A stretch of DNA of 64,000 nucleotides from Dehalococcoidia bacterium (GTDB lineage Bacteria; Chloroflexota; Dehalococcoidia; Lucifugimonadales; QGNO01): the NCBI GenBank assembly GCA_965261825.1, contig OZ253484.1, forward strand, positions 65,184 to 129,183. The letters run 5' to 3'. This document shows positions 57,019-64,000 of the stretch, one piece after another (the first letter of the stretch is position 1; each line of letters opens with the position of its first letter). The position numbers were made by a program, and so were the translations under genes. The notes under the pieces were generated by a model. It saw only the letters and a list, made by a program, of their open reading frames with translations, made no database searches and had not been told where the DNA came from.

Positions 57019-57811
57019 GCGCGTCTCCCGCTGGTTGGTTGTGCAGGGTTTGGGTAGAGAGTATCACCGACGGCCGTTGTGAACAACCGTTGGGGAAGTT
57101 GGCATGCAATGACGAATGGCTTGGGATTCTTCGTCGCTGGCGCTCCTCAGAATGACAGATGGGTTGCGGTAGGGCCCCACGCCCCTGGATTCCCGTGTCA
57201 AGCACGAGAATGACGTTAAGAGGGGTCCCTAGCGTCCTTTCCCTTCTACTATGCTCAGGGTAGACTTCCGGTTCAGCAACTGTCTTGGCCTAGTGGGGCA
57301 TAAGATTCCCTGTGCTCCTCAGACATTAGGCATGGAAACGATGTAAAAAGGGTCTTGGTATCACTTTTGATACCTGCCGTACCACGCTCCGGGCTCTCTC
57401 GACCGCTTGCGGGGTGGAGGATTACGGCTGGGCTGGAGTGCCAGTTGTTCCAAAAGTCTGAGGGCTTGTCTCCCTCAGGCGGTAAGTGCCGAGTGCAGCC
57501 TGTGAGGAATGCCATTTTCTCGGGAACAAATGCAGCGCCTTGACGACTAATTTCTCAAAGCGCCGATCTTCAGGAGTCCTCGCGCTGGGAGGCGGTTTGC
57601 TAGCGAGTTCTCCGTTCTCTGCGTGAAGAGCTAATCATGATTCCTGGTATTGGGGATTTGCATTTTTGCACTTCCCGCGTGTGCGCGTTCCACTCTGTCT
57701 GTCTGTCTATCTTGTCTTTCAGTCTTCCGGATGATACTTTGTTTCGGCGGTCGAGTTGGAGAAGCCGCTTCGCCCACTCGCCGATTCGTCGCGATACCGC
57801 ATCACCTCGGT

Positions 57812-58219
57812 CTACGTAGCTGATAGCGGAACCCCTTCTGCGACGGCGGCTTGGCCAAGTGGCCCGTCAAGTGTCGCGAGCTCTGCACCCTCCCTCTTGG
57901 CTAGTTCCAGGTAAAGGGCGTCATACAGAGACAGTCCATGTACCCTCGCCAAGGCGAAAGCAGATTGAAGGTCGGAGTCCTCGTCAGTGGTGATGGGTAG
58001 GCCCTTCAAGGCGTCCAAGCGTTCCTTGACTTCCCCCGACGAGAGGCGACCACGCCGCTCAGCCGTGAGCAAGGAGTTACGCGTCGACAGATGCCAGAAC
58101 TGTGGCACAAGTGCCCCGTCCTCCGCAAGTTGCTCCAGAACCCTATCTGCGCGCGGCTCGTCCTCATCGTCGAAGAGCCACGCTACTACGACCGAGGCAT
58201 CGACAACTAGTCCGCTCAT
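57812..58219 (-). CDS. vapC: PIN-domain toxin VapC
   Basis: From ATG 58217-58219: MSGLVVDASVVVAWLFDDED...LYDALYLELA...LATLD (PIN acidic residues). The start overlaps the antitoxin stop (ATGA). Confidence 0.8.
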   Translation of the reverse strand: MSGLVVDASVVVAWLFDDEDEPRADRVLEQLAEDGALVPQFWHLSTRNSLLTAERRGRLSSGEVKERLDALKGLPITTDEDSDLQSAFALARVHGLSLYDALYLELAKREGAELATLDGPLGQAAVAEGVPLSAT

Positions 58220-58467
58220 AGACGGTGACCTTCGTGGCGTGCCGTGAGTATCTCGTCCGTCGAGAAAGCAACGCGCCTCCACCCGGCGCGGCGCTCCCGA
58301 AAGCCCTCTATTGCCCTCTCGCGGCTAGCGCGGTCCCGAGCGTCGGCGGGAACCAGGTGCGCTACCGCCCTGCCATGTCGAGTTATGACGACGGTCTCTC
58401 CATGCTCGACCGCCCGAAGGAGTTCGGCCAAGCGCGTCTTGGCTTCAGTAGCCTGAATCTCACGCAT
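58216..58467 (-). CDS. Phd/YefM-type antitoxin
   Basis: MREIQATEAKTRLAELLRAVEHGETVVITRHGRAVAHLVP is a typical Phd/YefM N-terminus. Confidence 0.75.
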   Translation of the reverse strand: MREIQATEAKTRLAELLRAVEHGETVVITRHGRAVAHLVPADARDRASRERAIEGFRERRAGWRRVAFSTDEILTARHEGHRL

Positions 58468-58717
58468 ATTTGACTCCAACCTGTTGTTTTGACCATACCA
58501 TGTTACCCAAGTGCCACTATCCGAGTCAAGACAGTTGCTTTTCGCTGGGAGGTCGCTGCGCTCCTCAGAATGACAGGGTAGGGGTGGGTGCTTTCCTCGC
58601 TCATTCCCCTTCCCTTCGACTATGCTCAGGGTAAACTTCAGGCTCAGGATGAGCGGGGGTTGTTTAGAATGACAGATGGGGGATTCCGGGGCAGGGTCTT
58701 AAGTGGGAGAGGAGGGG

Positions 58718-59623
58718 TTACTTTGGCCAGAGCCAGAGGCGCTTGGCGGGTTTGAGGTTGTCGCTGAGCAGGGCTACTATGGCGGGATTACCGGCCAACA
58801 GGCTGGCCCTCCACTTGGCGAGGTCTCCTTCCGTGGAGCGACCTGCCTCCCTGCTGCCGGGTAACGATTCGAGCGGCAGCCATCGATTCGATGTTCTTGT
58901 CAGTACCTCGCCGCCGGCCTCTCGCACAATTGCTACTCCCGCGGCAACGTCCCATACGTGCGGCGCGGAGAAAGCGGCGTACTGCATGACCCCGGAAGCT
59001 ACCAGCGTCATCTCGTAGGCGATGCTGCCGATGTTGCGCAACTCGCCAAGCCTTCTCAACTCCTTGCCGATTCGGTATCGCCGCCAGAAAGCCGCGGGGA
59101 GGGTGACGAGACCGTTGGGCGTCGGCTTGACCTTGTCAAAGACACGGATGGGAGTGTCGCCGGCGAATGCGCCACTCCCGCAACGGGCGTGAAACACCCG
59201 GCCGGCGGATGTGGTTGGCGATGGGACGTAGATGGCCCCGGCGATGGGTTTGCCCTGGTGAAGCACGCCAATGGAGGAGGCAAAGACGGGCAATCCGTTA
59301 ACGAAGTTGGTGGTGCCGTCCAGAGGGTCTATTACCCAAACGAAAGTCCGGTCCAGGTCTTCCGCCGGAGGGGTCTCTTCAGAGAGGATGCCGTGACTGG
59401 GAAAGCGGCTGCGGATCCCATCGACGATGAGCTGTTCAGCGCCTTTGTCGGCGTCGCTGACGGGGTTTCTTGACCCTTCAGACTTGTACTCAACCTTCAT
59501 ATCACTGTGGAAGTAGTCCAGAAGCAACTCACCCGCGCTTGCGGCCAGTGAGACGGCGTGCTCTTCTATGGAGGATAGGAGGTTGGGGTCTATTTCAGAT
59601 GAACGGGTATCCGTGGCTGACAT
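58718..59623 (-). CDS. inositol monophosphatase family protein
   Basis: SEET..., WVIDPLDGTTNFVNGLP, WDVAAG motifs. Confidence 0.85.
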   Translation of the reverse strand: MSATDTRSSEIDPNLLSSIEEHAVSLAASAGELLLDYFHSDMKVEYKSEGSRNPVSDADKGAEQLIVDGIRSRFPSHGILSEETPPAEDLDRTFVWVIDPLDGTTNFVNGLPVFASSIGVLHQGKPIAGAIYVPSPTTSAGRVFHARCGSGAFAGDTPIRVFDKVKPTPNGLVTLPAAFWRRYRIGKELRRLGELRNIGSIAYEMTLVASGVMQYAAFSAPHVWDVAAGVAIVREAGGEVLTRTSNRWLPLESLPGSREAGRSTEGDLAKWRASLLAGNPAIVALLSDNLKPAKRLWLWPK

Positions 59624-59795
59624 TCCTAAGATGCCGGGTAGCCGGCTTTGACGTGTGCGCTGATACCGCCGCGGTCGTTGTACCAGGCTTCCACGGTCAT
59701 GGCCTCCGGTTCAAGCAGGGCCGCCAGATCGTTGAGCACCCGGTTGACGGCGTGCTGAACGTCGTATCTTCGCGACGTGTATTTGTCGGTGAGCA

Positions 59796-60719
59796 TCATC
59801 TCCTCGTCCCAGGCGTAGCTTCTTCCCGCAGTTGTTTGGGCAGCACGAAGGTGAAGTTCTCCTCTGCTATGGTCGTTGTGCGAACGTTCCTGGGCTCCAG
59901 TCTATCCACTACGGCTTCCACCAGCCATTCCGGCGTTGAAGCGCCGGAAGTGATGCCAACGCTTTGCACGCCTTCCAGCCAGGCATCGTCTATGTCGTCG
60001 GGGCTGTTGATGAGATAAGCCGGTCTTCCGGCGGCCTCAGCGGTTTCCCGCAGCCGGTTGCTGTTGGAGCTGTTCAGTGCTCCTACAACCAGGACCAGTT
60101 CGACGTCAGGCGCTATGGCCTTGAGGGCGTTCTGCCTGTTGGTAGTGGCGTAGCAGATGTCGTTGCGAGTTAACAGGGCGGGAAATCTCTCTTTGAGGAC
60201 GGCTATGACCTCTTCCGTGTCGTCCATGCTCAGAGTGGTCTGAGTTAGAGCCACCACCCTATTGGGGTTTTCAACCTGAATCTTGGCGGCCTCTTCAGCC
60301 GTTTCTATGAGGATAGTGCTGTCGGGGGCTTGCCCCAACGTGCCGGCAATTTCGACGTGTCCGCGGTGACCGATTAGGATTATGGTATAGCCTTCGCGTG
60401 CGTATTTCTGAGCTTCAAGGTGGACCTTGGTGACCAGCGGGCAGGTGGCGTCAATGATGTCCAATCCCCTGGCTTGGGCCTGCTGCCAGACGGAAGGGGA
60501 GACGCCATGCGCGGAAAAGACCACGACACTACCCTCCGGGATATCGTCGATGTCCTCCACGAAGACGGCCCCTTTGTCCCGCAACTCGCCCACGACGTGA
60601 GAGTTGTGCACGATTTCGTGTCGAACGTAAACGGGGGGCTGGAAGCGCTCCAGGCATAGCTCTACCACGTCAATGGCACGGACAACGCCTGCACAAAACC
60701 CTCTGGGTGAGCTGAGCAA
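59796..60719 (-). CDS. ispH: 4-hydroxy-3-methylbut-2-enyl diphosphate reductase
   Basis: PRGFCAGVVRAI, SAHGV, ATCPLVTKVH, NSSNSNRL motifs. Non-ATG (TTG) start, exact start uncertain. Confidence 0.9.
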   Translation of the reverse strand: MLSSPRGFCAGVVRAIDVVELCLERFQPPVYVRHEIVHNSHVVGELRDKGAVFVEDIDDIPEGSVVVFSAHGVSPSVWQQAQARGLDIIDATCPLVTKVHLEAQKYAREGYTIILIGHRGHVEIAGTLGQAPDSTILIETAEEAAKIQVENPNRVVALTQTTLSMDDTEEVIAVLKERFPALLTRNDICYATTNRQNALKAIAPDVELVLVVGALNSSNSNRLRETAEAAGRPAYLINSPDDIDDAWLEGVQSVGITSGASTPEWLVEAVVDRLEPRNVRTTTIAEENFTFVLPKQLREEATPGTRR

Positions 60720-60772
60720 GACTTCTATGATCGGCCTCTCTCTCGCTGCTCAGAGCGCCGGCTTTGCTTCAA

Positions 60773-61687
60773 CTACCTGGTTCGCCTCGTTTGCAGTACG
60801 TAAGCGCCGCCTGCCACCACAAGGAGGAGTCCCGCCAGCATCATGGTAACGAGTGCTCCGGAGCCGGGCGAAAAGTCGCCGGCAGGTGGGGGTACGGGGG
60901 TAGGAGTAGGTCTAGGAGTACGTTCGGGCGGGGGCCAGGGATATGAAGGCCCGACCACCACAGCCTCATTGATACTTGTCCCCTCATGGAGGGTTAACAA
61001 GTTGCCGTCGACATCAAAGAACAGAAGCCTAAACCCAGTTGGCTCCGCTCTAAGATTGCTCACTGTCAGGCCCAGCACCCTGTCGGTAGGCAGGGAGGCC
61101 TGGGTAGGGAGCTTGAGGTTCATAGCGGGTTGGTGGTCGCCGCGCTGTCGCGGGCTGTAGACAGGGTACACCTCTATGGCGACCACCGGAGCGGAAAGGC
61201 CGCTGTCGGGGAGCTTGACTTCGACTAGCGCCTGGTTGCCCCGTATCTGGTGCTTCCATCCTAGGTCGCTTGGGACCAGGTCTTCGGCGCCTTCCGGCTC
61301 ATCCGAAGTGACCAATACCGCATCGGCAGAGTCCAGAACATTCAGTGTGACATCGGGATCTTGTAGAATGCCGTCATCGTCTAATGCAACTACAAGGTCA
61401 GACACCTTCACGGCGGTGATGACGCCTTCATCGGGAGCGTCCACGGTCTGTGTTAGGTCCCCAACGCTTATTTCCACTTTCGCTGCATCTCCTTTGACAG
61501 TGAGGACCATTACCACCCAGAGGTCTGCCGTGGTTCCATTGGAATCAAACGCCTGGTCCCAACTGATATCGGGAGCGGGAGGGGTTTGGGCGTTGACTCT
61601 TTGCAGGCCGTAGAATGTGAAGAGTAGGCCGAGAAACAGGACGATTCCTACTGCCAGTATGGGGATTCGGTTTTTGGCTAGCACCAT
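60773..61687 (-). CDS. hypothetical surface protein with N-terminal and C-terminal TM segments
   Basis: N-terminal IPILAVGIVLFLGLLFTF, PT-rich linker PRPTPTPVPPP, C-terminal LVTMMLAGLLLVVAGGAYVL + RRTR. Confidence 0.5.
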   Translation of the reverse strand: MVLAKNRIPILAVGIVLFLGLLFTFYGLQRVNAQTPPAPDISWDQAFDSNGTTADLWVVMVLTVKGDAAKVEISVGDLTQTVDAPDEGVITAVKVSDLVVALDDDGILQDPDVTLNVLDSADAVLVTSDEPEGAEDLVPSDLGWKHQIRGNQALVEVKLPDSGLSAPVVAIEVYPVYSPRQRGDHQPAMNLKLPTQASLPTDRVLGLTVSNLRAEPTGFRLLFFDVDGNLLTLHEGTSINEAVVVGPSYPWPPPERTPRPTPTPVPPPAGDFSPGSGALVTMMLAGLLLVVAGGAYVLQTRRTR

Positions 61688-62020
61688 TGCAGGCTACCTC
61701 CGGGGGTTGGACCCACTAATATGAATGATTACTAAAATAGCAACAGGAGCTCACCCTTCTTCACAGGGCGGACGGCAAACTCCGTTGGAATGCTAGCATT
61801 GAGCTTGCCTCAGTGTCAAGCGTTCAGGTACGGAAACGGGAGGAAATATGCGGACATACGGAAATGGGGCAGGGGAAGGGGCTGGCTCTCGGCCCCGGCT
61901 TGCCTCTAAACCACCTCTGGCCGTGGATGCCCGTCGCCACGGGCATGACAGAAGGGGGCGCGGGGACGGAAGGGACGTGCGGGCATGACGGTGAGGGGCG
62001 CAGGGATGATGGGTGCACGG

Positions 62021-62125
62021 CTAGGAGACGCCCTTCTGCATCAAGTAATCGTGGAGGCGTTCCAGCGTTTTGCGGTTCTCTTCCAGGGGGAATCCGTCCA
62101 CGGCGTAGGCGCGCTTCACCTTGAC
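62021..62125 (-). pseudogene. orphan 3' fragment (34 codons) of the DUF4392 gene
   Basis: VKVKRAYAVDGFPLEENRKTLERLHDYLMQKGVS* versus FKVERTYAVDGFPLEENRETLERLHDYLMQQGVS* at the end of 62991..63842. Confidence 0.75.
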
Positions 62126-62185
62126 ACTAGTGCTGTTTTAACCTAGTCTGATGGCTAGTCAGTACAATGGATAAAGAGGTTAACC

Positions 62186-62446
62186 ATGAGCAAGAGATGG
62201 CCGGTTCAGGATGCCAAATCGAGATTTAGCGAGCTTCTGGACACCACCCTCGCGGAAGGGCCACAGATTGTAACCAAGCGAGGTGTGGAAGCCGCCGTGC
62301 TCCTTCCCATTGAGCAGTGGCGGAGGCTGGAGCGGATGACGAGACCGGATCTGAAAGAGTTGCTGCTTGCCCCTGAGGCACGAACCGAGACCCTTACGTC
62401 GCCGCGCCAGCAGCACCGCCGCCGCCCACCCGTAGTAGTGGAGTAG
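62186..62446 (+). CDS. type II antitoxin (Phd/YefM- or VapB-like)
   Basis: MSKRWPVQDAKSRFSELLDTTLAEGPQIVTKRGVEAAVLLPIEQWRRL. Lies 3 nt upstream of the PIN gene. Confidence 0.75.
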   Translation: MSKRWPVQDAKSRFSELLDTTLAEGPQIVTKRGVEAAVLLPIEQWRRLERMTRPDLKELLLAPEARTETLTSPRQQHRRRPPVVVE

Positions 62447-62449
62447 CCT

Positions 62450-62857
62450 ATGTACCTCTTGGACACCAACGTGGTTTCGGAGCTGCGTCGCCCCCGACCG
62501 CATGGCGCAGTTCTGAATTGGATTGCAGACGCACCGGCGGAGCAGCTCTTTGTGTCTGCCGTTACGGTTGGCGAGATACAGGCGGGGATCGAGATCACCC
62601 GTGAGCAGGATGAAGCCAAGGCTGAGGAGTTGGGAGCGTGGCTGGACAAGGTACTGGCTTCCTACGGCATACTCCCAATGGATGCGCTCGCCTTCAGAGA
62701 GTGGGCGCGGCTGATGCACGGGAGATCAGGCGCTATGACCGAAGACGCCATGATAGCGGCGACAGCCATGGTTCACAGGTTGACGGTGGTCACTAGAAAC
62801 GTGGCCGACTTTGACGACCTTGGTGTTGACTATGTGAATCCGTTTGGAAGTGGATAG
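62450..62857 (+). CDS. vapC: PIN-domain toxin VapC/FitB
   Basis: MYLLDTNVVSELRRP...VTVGEIQAGI...AMIAATAMVHRLTVVTRNVADF. Confidence 0.85.
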   Translation: MYLLDTNVVSELRRPRPHGAVLNWIADAPAEQLFVSAVTVGEIQAGIEITREQDEAKAEELGAWLDKVLASYGILPMDALAFREWARLMHGRSGAMTEDAMIAATAMVHRLTVVTRNVADFDDLGVDYVNPFGSG

Positions 62858-62990
62858 GCAGGCCAGCCCCCGCTTGCTCTAAGACCACCTCCGCCCCTGG
62901 ATGCCCGTCGCGACGGGCATCCAGGGGCGCGGGGACGGATAGGGACGCGCGGGCATGACGGTGAGGGGCGCAGGGATGGTGGGAACGCGG

Positions 62991-63842
62991 CTAGGAGACG
63001 CCCTGCTGCATTAAGTAATCGTGGAGGCGTTCCAGCGTTTCCCGGTTCTCTTCCAGGGGGAATCCGTCGACGGCGTAGGTGCGTTCCACTTTGAAGCCGT
63101 CCACAGCGCCGACATCTACCATTTGCTTGATGACCTCTTCTTCTTCCTCCGGCGAGGGCAGTAGATTCTGCTTCGCCTGCAGGGAGAGGCCTGCTATGAG
63201 ACCGGAAGCGCCCCAGTTGGAGACGCTGGCCAGGATCAGCTTGTCGGTGGGAACTATGGTGGGCTGCTTGGGCAGGGTATCGATGGTGGGGATCTGTTCG
63301 GCCAGCTTGCCCATGCCTATCTCGTTGCCGCCGTCTCCTATGCCCACGGTGGCGTTGTGGTCGAGCACGAGATAGTCCGCCCTGGCGTTGTACTGCGAGA
63401 TGTCGACGCCCCGCATGTTCAGATATTCGCCCTTCTGAGTCACGCCGCAGCGTTCGGTGGATATGACGATGGACGGCTTCAAGTCGCCCAGGAGCTCCCG
63501 GGCAAACTTCCGGCTAGAGTCTTCGTCCGTAACGGGGAATTCAATCACTTCGCCCACGTCTGAAAGGCAGTTGTAGAGAGACGAGCTAAACTCGTCGGTA
63601 ACGTGTGTGACGTCGTAACCAAGCTGTTGCAGCGCTTTACCGATGAAATAAGCGCCCGGGGGGCCGTCGGTCTCCGAAGCCATGGCTCCTATTATGAAAA
63701 AGCCGCTGATGACGAAGGCGCGTCCCGGGTTGCGCAGGATCAGTTGCGCCGCGTCTTCGCAGTAGTCTTCGGGGAGGTACCCACGCAGCTTGGATATTCC
63801 CCTCTGGTCACGGTCAAGGATGATGTCTTCTATAACGGACAC
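62991..63842 (-). CDS. DUF4392-family protein (D-glutamate cyclase-like, N-terminal-type domain)
   Basis: 283 aa. ETDGPPGAYFIGKAL, IGDGGNEIGMG, SVSNWGASG motifs as remembered for DUF4392. Confidence 0.65.
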   Translation of the reverse strand: MSVIEDIILDRDQRGISKLRGYLPEDYCEDAAQLILRNPGRAFVISGFFIIGAMASETDGPPGAYFIGKALQQLGYDVTHVTDEFSSSLYNCLSDVGEVIEFPVTDEDSSRKFARELLGDLKPSIVISTERCGVTQKGEYLNMRGVDISQYNARADYLVLDHNATVGIGDGGNEIGMGKLAEQIPTIDTLPKQPTIVPTDKLILASVSNWGASGLIAGLSLQAKQNLLPSPEEEEEVIKQMVDVGAVDGFKVERTYAVDGFPLEENRETLERLHDYLMQQGVS

Positions 63843-63881
63843 GTTTGCCCTCCCAATTTGCGGTGTGCAGTATTTGTCTAA

Positions 63882-64000
63882 TCAAAGAACGGCTAGGTCT
63901 TCGTCGCGGACGTCGGTGATGAACATGTGCCCCGGCGAGTGGGTAATCATGAATGGCGGCTTGGACTGCATAGCCACGGCCTGAGGTGTAACGCCGCATG
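63882..64000 (-). CDS. DUF1445/UPF0317 putative hydro-lyase (D-glutamate cyclase-like), C-terminal 38 codons only
   Basis: [38 protein letters not shown] contains the remembered CGVTPQ...ITHxPGHM(L/F)(I/V)TD signature. Cut by the window edge. Confidence 0.5.
   Translation of the reverse strand, partial: CGVTPQAVAMQSKPPFMITHSPGHMFITDVRDEDLAVL

Overview
GC-rich bacterial chromosomal segment with no rRNA, tRNA or CRISPR array that I could find, so the taxon cannot be fixed from this window. Intact housekeeping genes are frdABCD-type fumarate reductase, glycine-tRNA ligase, an amidohydrolase, a DEAD-box helicase, typA/bipA, H+-pyrophosphatase hppA, an MFS transporter, ispH and an IMPase. Between them lie accessory islets and a large amount of decayed mobile DNA. 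Most worth a second look: (1) at 74-3431, an AT-richer cassette of m5C methyltransferase + DGQHR (DndB-like) protein + Mig/MutY-like glycosylase fused to an XRE HTH, with no recognisable endonuclease. (2) Two independent loci (hppA, and a DUF4392 gene) where a diverged copy of the gene 3' end plus its REP hairpin is duplicated around a small cargo: an AAA/DUF4143 ATPase in one case, vapBC in the other. This looks like Campbell-type, integrase-free cassette insertion. (3) A rhodanese whose only frame interruption is a TGA exactly at the catalytic Cys codon, followed by a hairpin, so a candidate selenoprotein. (4) An ABC-type ATPase with a small Toprim-like partner (PARIS/OLD-like) wedged between frdA and glyQS. 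(5) A NarL-type histidine kinase apparently split into fragments about 11 kb apart. The interval holds an AlpA-like ORF, RNA-handling genes and an MGE graveyard (serine-recombinase fragments, a nuclease-helicase pseudogene, an IS481-like element, a J-domain protein). A PRTRC/ICE remnant lies further downstream. At least three families of structured intergenic repeats (REP/BIME-like) occupy most intergenic regions. At least about 20 frame disruptions fall almost only in accessory, surface and mobile genes. All family calls come from motif recognition by eye; no searches were run.
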